Of a stretch of 64,000 nucleotides of DNA, positions 52,810 through 64,000 are shown one piece after another (the stretch's first letter is position 1; every line of letters begins with the position of its first letter). Position numbers and translations under genes: made by a program. Origin of the DNA: Vicugna vicugna (Eukaryota); assembly GCA_013265495.1 (NCBI GenBank), contig MU058252.1, positions 1,956,244 through 2,020,243 on the forward strand. Direction: 5' to 3'. The notes below the pieces were generated by a model. That model ran no database searches. It was not told the DNA's origin and saw nothing but the letters and a program-made list of their open reading frames with translations.

Positions 52810-53214
52810 CTGACACAACAAACGATGTTAAAAAGTTACGGTTCTATGTATCACAAACTGATGTTATTTCATATGTTTAAGATGTAAATTCAGCACTGAG
52901 GGAATTAATTTCCTCCCATATATATATTTAGCCATTCGGACGGGGTTGCAGACATATGATCACATATGTTATATATATATATATGTATGTATATGTATAT
53001 GTATAATATTATAAATATATTTGTTACATATTTAAATGAAGGGATCAACATGTTTAATAAACACTAGTAGATGGAGAGAGATTACGAATGACCACCAATC
53101 GAATAATCAGTAGCTGTGTATTTGGAATCTGCTATGTATTTGCCAGAACACTGTAGATATAATAAGAATGTATAAAATTCTTGATCAAGAAAATGTAAAA
53201 ACCTCGTTCAGGTG

Positions 53215-53454
53215 GACACACACACACAAACACAGATGCACAGAGATACAGAAACACACACACGTAGACGTACACACAGACACACACACAGAGAGAGGCA
53301 CATATTGAGGCAAACATACGCAGAAATAACACATACACACACAGACACACATGCAGACACACATGCACAGAGACACAAAGAGATACACAGAGACATACGC
53401 AGTCACACACCAAACGGGACACACACAGACACACAGGTAGACACAGAGACACAC
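53215..53454. repeat. Degenerate (CA)n tract
   Basis: cacacag/acacac units. Confidence 0.9.
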
Positions 53455-53556
53455 ATCCATTTTTTCTATAATATCCATTTCTAAAGCATCAGCCAATTAA
53501 TCAACGAGGTGAATTCTTTAGGGGTTTCAGAAGATATGGGCTATAGCCAGGTGACC
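53455..53556 (-). pseudogene. Candidate pseudo-exon ...[18 protein letters not shown]
   Basis: Strong acceptor tttctcttttag, donor gtgtgt; Trp spacing resembles RGSL1 MMRW....QWLLQK as I recall it. Confidence 0.45.
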
Positions 53557-53770
53557 CTAAAAGAGAAACTGTCTGGATGATGGGACGGGATTCTCTGGGA
53601 TGCAATTTCAGCCAGAATGATTTTCTGTAGGGACGGTTTTAATGCGCAGCACTAAAGTGTGGAATTTCTCAAGGAGGAACTGGTTCCCGGCTCTGGGCGT
53701 GCTGGCTGGTCTTGACCTCTTCCTTTAACTCTGTCAGGACAGCCCATTGTTAGATGCAAGAAGTTATTAC

Positions 53771-53843
53771 CTACTGATGGTTTTAAGGAGAAAGTCCTTC
53801 AGGAAAGAAATGGAAACCGTTTTCATTATGCTTTGGCCAGAGC
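53771..53843 (-). pseudogene. Candidate pseudo-exon ALAKA**KRFPFLS*
   Basis: ctattcag acceptor, gtaata donor; R-[FL]-P-x-[FL] recalls the RGS22/RGSL1 N-terminal motif (from memory). Confidence 0.45.
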
Positions 53844-55649
53844 CTGAATAGAGTAGTTGGTGTCTGTGGTTAAGAAAGAAAGTGGAGAGAGGATTACGCT
53901 GGGGAGGAGAGGAAGGAGGGGGGAAGAAGGGGAGGTGGTGGAAGAGGAGGAGGAGAAGAGGAGAAAGGGTGGAGGACTCTCCTTAAAAAGCCACAACGTG
54001 GCTCCAGTTTTCTAAACTCCAGTGACCACCTTGTACAGCTTCCAAAATTAGACCCCAGTGCAGCCTGCGGCTGGATTCCTTATTCTTCAGTCTACACAGG
54101 TCGTAATGGTTAAGCAGGTTTAGGTAAATTAATGAATATCATAGAAGACAATAAAGCGTCCCAGGGGCCCGCCCCTTGAGACCAGAACCCCAGAGTTTGT
54201 CTCCATCTCTGATCAGACGACTAAGAACTAACGAAGACAGAGGCGACCACCATTCCTGTGTCTAGACGCATCGACACCACCTTTCTTCTCATTCATGCAG
54301 AGACCTCTCCAGGCCATGGTGTCAGGCTGTGGGAGACCCTTGATGCCGTCACGCCATTGCTACGGCTCCTGCTTCCCGGAGTACTCGTGTTCTGCCCTGA
54401 ACATCCGGGAGCCTCCCTGCAGGACAGCACCCAAACCCGTCTCTCTGGCCTGATCCATTTTTAGGTATCTGCTCCTCCCCCAGCCCCCTGCCACATTACA
54501 TCTCTGAGAAGCCCCAAACACACCATTGTCTAGATGCCAAAATGAGGAACTGCATCAAATTAAGTCTTGGGGGACAGAAAGTAAAATTAATATAGTCATT
54601 AGAAATTAGAACATTGAATCACAACAGCAATAGCTGGCTTATTATAAAGTATTTACTAATCTCTTTTCATATATTCGATTATTTAACATTCAGGAAAGGC
54701 TGCTTGATGTAGGTGCCATTTTCATTTGCTTCAGACATGAGGCAACTGAGACATAATTAAGTACTGAAGTGAATATTCTCAATCATGTGCTTCAAACACA
54801 TTTCCCCGGGGTCAGAGCTCCTCATTAAAGAGATCTGAAGTCAAGAGTTAAACGTAGAAATTGATGCATCTTCCTAGAAGGGAATCCTCCTCCTTGTCCC
54901 AGTCAGGAGTTCCCGGCTAGAAAACTGACCCAGCTGTGAAGGAAGTCACATGAAGACTGCAATGGATCATGTAAAGTTCAAGTGCAGTGGTTGTCTGTGA
55001 AAAGAATGTTGACATAGAGACCACAAGTTACTGTTTCAACATTGAACGACTGATGTGAATTTGAGGGCTTGGACAGACCTAATTTTTAGCAATTTCCATA
55101 CACTTTTGAATCACACCCCAAACCTCTGCTCACACAGCAACAGCTCTGAAAGCCGGGGTCTGTGACGCCACAGAACTCAGAGGGGACGACAGGCACAACT
55201 GAATTTGCTTCCAAAGCCTGACACACGAACCCCGTTCCCTCTCTCACCCACCCATGGAGGGGAGCTTTCCAGACATTCCTGCTGGAATAATATTACTCTC
55301 CCCTTTCATTAGAATTGAGAAAGTAGAGCCCACATTGCAAAGAGATGCCAGCCATCTGCTGCAGAGGCGTTATTTAGGTTTCAAAATAACAATACAACTT
55401 TAAGGAGGTCTTGGAAGGAGGCTTTGGCGCTGGTGCGGGCAGTCTGATGACTGGTCAGCTCCCTCAAAGGATATCAATCTCATAATTTGCCTAACTGCAG
55501 CATAATTAAATTAAATGACAAAAAAAAAAAAAAAACAAATGCCAGCGGGCTGCGGCAATAGCCAGGAAAGCTACGTAAGAGTTAGCAGGAATGCATGCTT
55601 GTGCACTTAGTGAAAAAACTGGATACACGTGTTCCTGTACGTGAAAGAG

Positions 55650-55890
55650 GTTACAACCGAGACGGAGCAGGACCGCCTGGGCTCGAGTCCTGCTTCTGCC
55701 CCGTACTCGTCATAGACCTGGGTAGTTCCTTAGCCCAGGTGAGCCTGAGTTGCATCATCTATAAAATGAGAGTGATAATAATAATGACGCTAATCATCGA
55801 TGTGAGAATTAAATGAGTACGTAAGAGTAGTACATAGTATATAAGTGACTTTGAGCAGTGGCTGGTGCAGAATAACTTCTACAGAATTTG
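55650..55890 (+). mobile_element. MIR
   Basis: catctataaaatgagagtgataataata...gtgagaattaaatgag. Confidence 0.75.
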
Positions 55891-56344
55891 AGCAATTATC
55901 ACAACTTTATTCTATGTAATTATATAACACAGTTACAATTAAGAATGGGTTTGTAACAGTTATAATAATTGCTTTACATACAATGAATTTTAATATATTA
56001 ATTAATATATCATATATCAATATTTTTACAATAATTGTTAAAATTCCATCCCACTTCTTCTATGCCAGGCACTGCACAGAATATATATAATACACTTAAA
56101 TATATAATATATATTTAAATATGTGTTAAATATACTTTCTTCTCCCAAGACTTAAATATTTTAAAATAATATATATATTTTTTATTTATACATATATTTA
56201 AATACACATGAAAGCAGAGATTTCTAAAGGATGGATTAAACCTAAATAGAAGTGTAACCTCTATGGTTTTTTTCCAGCACCCCAATGGGTCACTTGTGTG
56301 CTCATTAGCAGGTGCCCACTCTAGTCTGGAAACCATGTCTGTCT

Positions 56345-56565
56345 CAGGGACCTGGAGGTGTTTTCCGGAAAGGGCAGGACGGTCACATCTAGGCTTTCCA
56401 GGCCACACGGTCTCTGTAGCAAATGCTCCCCCCGCCCTTGCAGCACAAGACCCGCCACATGCAGTTTGTAAATGAGCGGACTCAGATGTGTGCCAACAAC
56501 ACTTCATTTACAAAAACAGGTTCTGGGCCAAGTTTGGCCCTAGGGCCATGGTTAGCCCATCTCTA
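56345..56565. mobile_element. MER58-like hAT DNA transposon
   Basis: ggccacacggtctctgtagc...catttacaaaaacagg...tttggccc. Confidence 0.8.
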
Positions 56566-56713
56566 TCCAGGGAAAAGCAGTAGGACGAATATACAAAAAT
56601 TTCAGGGGCTCAGTTTTCAGCTCATCAAGAACAAGTCTGTCCCAGCGTTGTCAGCCCTCTTGTCAGGCACCTTCCCGGCACTGAAATTCCTTAAACAGAA
56701 GCTGGAGTCATAC

Positions 56714-56746
56714 CTGCCACAGATGACTTTGGAGGGCCTCTAAGTT
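56714..56746 (-). pseudogene. Candidate small 5' exon of the relic gene
   Basis: ctttacctacag|AACTTAGAGG...TGGCAG|gtatga; 33 bp; frame unknown. Confidence 0.3.
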
Positions 56747-56834
56747 CTGTAGGTAAAGTTAGACACACAAACTTCTGCAGACCTTTCTAAATCTAGGGTT
56801 AATCACACTTATTCCAAATAATGGTTGCCTTTTC

Positions 56835-57225
56835 ATAAACCAATGGGACAGAACAGAGAGCCCAGAAATAAATCCAAGCATATACGGCAGAATTGTTTTC
56901 CACCAGGACACCAAGAATACACAAGGAGGGGAAAGATGGTGTCTTCTCAGCGGTGTTGAGAAGACTGGATATGCCGAGGCAAAGGAATCAAATTGGACCC
57001 TGACCTTTAATGCACCATAGAAAGTCAACACAGAATAGATCCAAGGATTTAAATGTGAGACCTGACACTGTAAAACTCTTAGAAGAACGCACATCGGGCA
57101 AGAGCTCCCGGCCGGGGGCCTTGGCAGTGATTTCTTTCGTTAAGGCTTCAAAAGCTCGGGCGACAGGAGCAGGCAGACGGGAGGGACCACGTCAAACGCG
57201 AAGGCTTCCGCGCAGCCGCGGGCGT
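56835..57225 (+). mobile_element. L1 ORF2 fragment running into the CpG island
   Basis: gaacagagagcccagaaataaatcc...ttaaatgtgagacctgacactgtaaaactcttagaaga. Confidence 0.85.
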
Positions 57226-57700
57226 GGGCAGCCGAGGCTCGTGCGCGTGCGCCTCGTCTCCGCGCTTTCCTCGGTGGGCATCTACTGAGGATGCACGTTC
57301 CCATCTGCCTCCCGATCTGTGCTTTTTCTAGGAGGAAAAAGCTGCCGCATTTCGTCGGGGCGTCAGACACAGCCCTTCCTCTCCCCGCGCCGCCGAGGCG
57401 GGCGCAGGCGCTCTGGCGCGGTGCCCACGTTTGCTCTCCGGCCTGTGCCTCTTCTCTCTCCTTTCCACTCTCGGGGCAGGAAGCGGTTCGGCCTCCAAGG
57501 ATGTAACCATGGCAATAAGACTGCGGGCTTGGCGGCTCGTACCTCGCGAAGCCCTCTCTAATCCCCTGTCTTGCGCTCTGGGGGCCGTTCAGCCTGGTCT
57601 GAGGACGTCTGGAGCCGAGTCCACGGCGGCTGGCGACGTCCCGCGTGATGGAGTGGGGTTTTTCGCCGCTGTCGGCGCCAGGTGCCTTTCAAGCTACTTC
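57090..57700. promoter_or_regulatory. CpG island / probable promoter
   Basis: Dense CpG and high GC; contains an X-box, an ETS-like CAGGAAGCGG (57477-57486) and TCGCGA (57545-57550). Confidence 0.75.
57503..57516. promoter_or_regulatory. RFX X-box
   Basis: GTAACCATGGCAAT, one mismatch from GTNRCCATGGYAAC. Confidence 0.65.
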
Positions 57701-57994
57701 TGTCTCCTCTCCCCAAACCTCCATCTCAGATACAGCTATCGACAAAGACCGCGTTCTTTTCCCTCGCAGCCTCTAACTGAATGCCTGTGCTGCGAACGTT
57801 CAGTTGGCAAACTGTTCCCCTTCTGATGGTAATTTTCGTATTATCGCGGCAAAGTAAACTGACAACACAGATGTCCTTTGGTACATATTCGCCACCAAAA
57901 TTCCATTCTCCTCCCACTGAAAACATTATTTGCAATTTATTAACTGCCAAGTGTCTGCCAGACATTCACTGGGTTTTTTTTCTGCCCAATAATA

Positions 57995-58083
57995 TATTTT
58001 TTCAAATGGAGGTACTGGGGTTCGGAACCAGGACCTCACACATGATAAGCATGTGCTCTACCACTGAGCTATTCCCACCCCTC
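57995..58083 (-). mobile_element. tRNA-derived SINE
   Basis: ggaggtactgggg...ctctaccactgagcta. Confidence 0.88.
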
Positions 58084-61000
58084 TGATAGTATTTCAAAGA
58101 ATGTTTGAATCCCTGATTTCCTGACGGGGAAACTAAGGTTTAGGAGATTAAGGTTCCATGGCTGGTAAAGGGAAGAGCTGCACTTTTTACCATCATGCCT
58201 AAAAGCTGTCTTAGTAAATTTTCAATTCAGAGGGAAGGAAGAAACACAAAATAGGAAGATGGAAAGCAGGTGGGCAAACAAAATCCATTATCTGTGATGT
58301 AGGGGTAAAGGCGTGGTGTTCGGTGTGAGAAATTCTTTTCCTCCTTTATGTCGAGGGCTGGGCGTGTGGCCTTAGACATGTGACATACAGCATCTACCCT
58401 CTGATTTAAATGACAATTATAGTCCCAATTGTACCGCTAAGAAAATGGGTTTTTAAAGAGATTAATCCAAATTCACAATACTTGTAAATCACAGAGCGGG
58501 ATTAGAAACTGATGCTATACACCTAGGTGAGCTCAGTGGGTTTCAACTTGCTTCAATGGTAATAATTCTTCAAAAGACTATGAGTTTAGAGGCCCTGAGC
58601 CCTGAAAAGATCGTGACATGCCATCTCCCATCTGTATTAATTAAAAATAAAAATGCTGCTAAAATATAGAAAGACCAGTTAAGTTCTGATCTGACATTCA
58701 TTTTCTTGAAACATCAGATATTAAATTATTTTTGATCCTTTTTTCTCTGTTTTACTGATTCCTTCAGTTTTTGCATAACCAGTCTCTTCAGAAATTCACT
58801 GTATCCCTGAAGTCCTGAAGCAACAGAGCCCACCTCGCCCAGCCTCTCGCTCCTACAGCAGGATGGTCTCGTGGGTGTTTGTACCTGGCGTCCCTCTTTC
58901 TGCCTTTGGGAACCCTGACACGCTTTTCAGTCCCTGTAGGTCCCACGTCTGCCTCTTCAAACAAACCTACCAGCCCCTCACACCCCCTTCCCCATCCTCT
59001 CTTCGTGAGAAAAGAAAATCGAATATGTTAATACAGCAACTTGGATTTAGTTTCCAGAATAAACCTCTGGCCAGCTCCTTTGTTACCCCTTCCAGGAACT
59101 ACAACGCCTGAATCCGTCTCACGGGCGAAACACCAGGCAGCGCGGCCGGGCTGTGAGGGTGTGCCCCTCGGCAGAGAAGCCCCCCAGTCACAGCGTCTAA
59201 CTGGCTTCACCCTTGACGCTTCCTCACGAAGAGTCACCAACCGTGCGCACAGAACACACCGTCAGCATCTGGCAACGGCCAACATGCCACGTGCACAGAC
59301 ACCCCCAAACCCCTGCCGCGTGGGCAGTCTCCCTCTAACTGGAACCGGAAAGAGAAGAGCAGCGTGGCAACACAGAACCCTCTGTTCTCCGCGTCCCTCC
59401 CTCCGCGATCACACCAGCACGTTAGGAAGCCCGGTTCGTAAATACATGGTCTACGAGACGTTAGGGCGGCCAGTGGCAGGACTCTGGCGAAAGACTAATT
59501 TGCTCTTTATTCAGACCGTTTTAGGGAAAACCGTGTCTTTGATGTGGAGAGAGGACAGAGGTGAGGGCGGTGGTGCCAGGCTATTTTCTTAGCCTTTACA
59601 TTAAAATAGAGAGGTTTTGATACCAGTTACTAATCAGTCTTTGGAGAAAAGACAATGAATTCTGGAAGCCTCATTTCAACAAGCAGTGTGATTTCGTGAA
59701 GAAAGGGTTGTGCTTCACCAGCTTGTTAAGAATTCTTTGAATTTGACTGTCACTTAATCAAAGCAGCAGCGATGAGGGTGCAGACCACATGCAGTGGGGC
59801 AGCCAGGCTCTTTGCAACGAAGTTTCTCTGTGTCCAATTAAACTTCAGTCAAAGGATGGAAGCAGGCTGAGTTTGCCAACTGGGGGAAATTTGAATAATG
59901 TTGCAAACAGCATGGAATCATAGAAACTAGAAGCAAATCTTCCCGAATTCGTAATTTGTGAAAGATCTTCAGGACAGCATCCCCAGGCCCCTAACTCGAT
60001 AGTAAAAAAAAAAATCTAGAAAGTTTGCTTCGAATTCTTAGGACACACAGCCAGGACTAGACAAGGTGCCTAACCCCAAGGGCTCTCCCTACTGCCGAGG
60101 TGTGCTGTCCCTGTTCTAAATAAGAGCTGGTTTCCCCATGGGTCTGCTGGAAGCTTGGGACAGAAGGTCACCCCGATATTGTTTATGTTAATAAGGAGTA
60201 TAAAACTGAAAGCAAGATGTAGGTTGGTAAACTACACTGAATAGTGTAAACTCAGCAAAGAACGAGAAGGGAAGGGACCCAGAAGCAGTCACTTCAAGGC
60301 AGTAGAAGTCATGCAGCAAAGTGATGTTGGGGACAGTTTGCTACCGAACAAAGAAGAAAAATAAAATGCAAAACATGGAAGTGACTTGCAGGATACCCAG
60401 AAAAAACACCACCACTGAGAGCCAGCGCATTTCAGATTCGTTCTTTCTGCAGCACGGAGCTGCTCTGAAAATGGGCAATTCTGACAGCTCGTAGGATTTA
60501 TATATTTATATACATTCAGCAAAGCAATGGACGGTATTTTCACCGAGAGTTCTCTGTTAGCATGAGACGTCATTTCAAATCCTTTCTGCCTCAAATGTTC
60601 AATCACATTATCTTTCCATTGCAAATCATGGTAAGGACTATGTGATCAAAACCCCTTGTTTTACAGATGACACCTGGGGCCTCGCTGGCTGTGACTCACC
60701 CAAGGTCTCATGGATGTTACCAGGTGTGGCTGAGCAGGTCACACATTTAGATTTGACAGGGACATGAATAAACAGATACAGGACAGACATTTTTGAAAAA
60801 GCGCCAGCTTCTCAGGGGCTGGTTTTGATCACTAGGCCCATAAATCTGTCATCCCCCAGTTGACCAGTCTTTATCCAGCCTCAAGTTTGGTGGGGTTTTT
60901 TTTTTTTTGCATATCAGAAATGCATTTTTATTTGGAAACAACTTAAAATTTTAGACACATGATTTTAGTATATAAATTTGATTTTGTTTTTGTACAGAAT

Positions 61001-61284
61001 ATAAAGGTTTCCCTCAGTGGTCTTCCATGTGAAGGGAGACACTTTCCGCACACAAGTGTGTACCTTACACGTAGGTTCGGGAAGCCAGTGTGTGGTGCTC
61101 CCACACCTAAATCAGGCCCAGTGTGACGACTGCTTAAACAACACGTGCCAACAGGGTTACTCCTGCTATCAGGTCAGGCCAGCCCCCTCCAGAAAGAGGG
61201 GCAGGATATTATTTTTCTGAAACCCAGCCCGGTGGTCTCCCTACCAGGACAAGCTCTCTGAGACCCGGCACCTCCCAATGCCTG

Positions 61285-61700
61285 CACGGCTTCCCAGGGC
61301 TGCCATGACAACAAGCCACAAACGGGGCGGCTTAAACCAACATCAATGCCTTGTCTCTGAAATCGAGGTATCATCTGGCCCCCCCAACCTGAAGCCCGGA
61401 AGGGAGGATGCGTCCTGCCTGCTCTAACTTTGGTGTTTGCCAGCCACCCCCTGGCTTTCCTGGATCTGAGATGCATCCCCTCATCCCTGCCTGCCTCCTC
61501 CCGTCTCACGAGTCTCCCCGTTTTAGAAGCACACGGACTGTAAGGGCTGAAGCCCCGCCCTGACCCAGTATGACCCCATCTTAGCCTAGCTGACGACACG
61601 TGCAAGACCCTGTTTCCAAATTAAGCCCCACACCGAGGCATCGGAGGTGAGCTCTTCAGCACGTCTCTGGCTGGCGGGACCCCGTTCAACCCATGACAAC
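61285..61700 (-). mobile_element. MLT1-type LTR
   Basis: agggctgccatgacaacaagccacaaacggggcggcttaaac... Confidence 0.8.
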
Positions 61701-62594
61701 GCCACACCTCTCCGGGAAGCCCTTCACCCTTGGCTGGGTCTGTCCTCCCGGAACTACTCCACCCCCACGCGTCCCTGTCTCCTAAAGATATTCCGTTTTC
61801 CAGCTCCTCTAACAGCCTTTTTTGTTATTCCTTAGCAGCCCTTTGCCTTGAAAAATTGGTATATTCTGGAAGTATCACCTCAAGAGGGCAGCACAGAGGA
61901 GGGTCCAGGCAGTTTCCTAAACACAAACATGTGCAAATCTGCAACATATCAAACGGTTGCTCTTTGAAGAAATATGTGTATGACTGAAAGGATGCTCTGC
62001 AACAGAAACTGACACACTGTAAACTGACTATACTTCAATTTGAAAAATTTAAAAAAAAAGAAATATGATCAAGTCTGCTAAAGTCACATGAGAGAGGGGA
62101 CAGAGCCATACTTCCTCTGCAGCTGTGGCTGGCCCTGCCCCTCAGTTTCTCCCCACAGTGCAGGGCACGTGCCCAGTGACCCCTTCACTTCAGCCAAGCA
62201 TCACTCAGCTTACACTATGGGCCCTGGGACTGTGCCAGGGAGGGGACGTGGAAAGAGAGATTTGACTCAGGGGGTCAGTATCCAGCATCCTTAGGGAGGT
62301 CACGGTCTGGAAGAGCAGTTACAGAACCTTACGTGATGTGATATATTTACACATTACCTGTAGTACAGTGTTTATAAATGTGACCCAGACTGTCAAAAGA
62401 CTAATTCTGCATTCAGGGATAAGGAAGAAAAATAGAGAAATGCCATTGCATCTGGATCCTAAAGGCAGGAGTCCACAGAGGAACGTCCAGTTCTGGCCAT
62501 GATGGAGAAGCCAGGGTCTGACTGGACAAAATGTGTAAAAGAGCTCTTCTCAGGACCTGGTTAAAACCCGGTGAAGGGCTACAGCTCCTGGAGG

Positions 62595-63099
62595 TGTCGG
62601 CTGAAAAAAATGTACAACCTAACAGTTGAGAGTTGTTTTACTTGGTGGACTTTCTGAGGACTTAAGCCTGGGATGACAGCTCTCAGATGGCTCTGGGCGG
62701 CTGCTCTGAAGAGGTAGGGGAGGAGCCAGGATATATAGGAGGTTCTGAAACAAAGACCAGGTAGTCAGAACAGTAAAAGGTAACTGTTATTTAAAGATAA
62801 CCAGATCTCCCAAGTTGAGGAGTTTAGTGCTTCACTACGTACAGGAAGATGCAGAGGTCTGGGCTCAGCGAAATCATTCCTTTGATCTGCGTCTTAGCTG
62901 TCTAGGGCCAGCACCCTGGGCTTTCCCAGCCTGAGTCCCCTCAGGGGGCACCGCCACCGAAGGCGGCTGCAGAGGCTGGGCTGCCCGCTCGTCTGCACCC
63001 TGAGTTCCCTCTGCTCACTGTCGGGGCGGTAGCGGCTGATGACTTGATGGCCACAGCGTCCTTTGTTTACTGATATGGCTGCAGTATTTTTCATGCACA
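62595..63099 (-). mobile_element. Solo ERV1-type LTR, same family as 9104-9579
   Basis: Both ends match the 9104-9579 LTR in reverse complement. Confidence 0.85.
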
Positions 63100-64000
63100 A
63101 AAGGAAGCACATGAGTTGATTCCACATTCACTCCAGCTCCCTGGTGTCGGGGAGGAGGGCCTGAGATGGAAAGAACGGTTTCCTTGGGTGGAGGAGGCAT
63201 CAGGGTTTGAGGCTGCAAAGAGGGCTGGACTAGGCGGAAAGGGCAGCGGCCAGGAGGGAATACTGCAGAGAGGGGACCCCAGGCAGCTGCAGACGCGTTC
63301 CCAGAGAGCCTTGGTGGTGCTTACGCACAGGGCGACCTACAGGAAGAACAGCAAGGAACGGCCACATGGAGCTTAAGTGCGGAGCAGAAGGTAGAGGCCA
63401 CACAACGTGGGGAAGCTGGAACTTGGGCCTGTCCGGAGAGCACAGCCCTTGGTGAATCACACAACCGTGCCTCTACAAAGGCCACTCCGCAGTCAGAAGG
63501 GGGAAACTGAATTAAACACGCCTCAACTGAGCCTAAAACTCAACCCTAATGATGGAAAACTGAGCCACTTTTAAGTAATGTAACAGCCTGCCAGAGTCAA
63601 CTTCAACACTCTTCAGAGGAAGATAACTTCATACAGACACTCTGCAATGCACTCCCGCAGATCTCCAGCTGACAGTAAAAAGTTGACGGAAATGATAATA
63701 AGCAAGGATAGCGACTGATTATCAAAATCTGAGTTACTAGCAACAGGCCAAGATTTGACAGCTTACACAATTTTTGTCAACATGCCTTTGATTTGCTGAC
63801 TTTTCTTCTGCTATTAAACCCATCCAATAATTCGTCATTTCAGATATTTTGCAATTTAATTCTAGGTTTTTACATTTGGTGTAGCAACTCCCTTTTCTTT
63901 TTCTTTCTTCCTTTCCTTCTTCCTTTCTTTTTCCTTGTGGAAATATACCATCCTTTTGGCTAATTTGATCATTCTTTCACTGAGTTCTTTAACATTGTTA

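Larger units (their letters stand above)
24378..57520 (-). pseudogene. Decayed multi-exon gene, probably a multi-RGS-domain protein of the RGS22/RGSL1 type
   Basis: About 20 candidate exons with pyrimidine-AG acceptors and GT donors, mostly phase-compatible. The joined translation has repeated RGS-helix-like motifs and many in-frame stops. CpG island at the predicted 5' end. Both limits are uncertain. Confidence 0.65.

Noticed and set aside
53132..53496. Cys/Val- and His/Thr-rich ORFs
   Set aside because: Translations of the (CA)n tract.
24378..57520. Assigning the symbol RGSL1 or RGS22
   Set aside because: Similarity is only motif-level, far below what a mammalian ortholog should show.
59041..59592. 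183-aa ORF
   Set aside because: Non-ATG start, no domain and no splice support.

Overview
Mammalian (eutherian) genomic DNA, most likely camelid judging by the tRNA-derived SINE family and the young L1 3' ends. Roughly half of the window is interspersed repeats (L1, L2, MIR, MaLR/ERVL/ERV1 LTRs, hAT DNA transposons, SINEs, microsatellites). I found no intact, recognisable protein-coding gene, and the supplied ORFs are mostly chance or repeat-derived. The main non-repeat signal is a minus-strand chain of about 20 small AG/GT-bounded segments between ~57.5 kb and ~24.4 kb. Their splice phases largely match, and their joined translation, although full of stops and frameshifts, repeatedly gives RGS-box-like motifs (F..[FY]......L.FW.[DE], K.I...FI/FL, F..A.....L...W..F). 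I interpret this as the decayed relic of a large multi-RGS-domain gene of the RGS22/RGSL1 type. A CpG island with a near-perfect RFX X-box sits at its predicted 5' end. The family assignment rests on by-eye comparison with remembered sequences and needs a database search. Repeat family names and most repeat boundaries are approximate.
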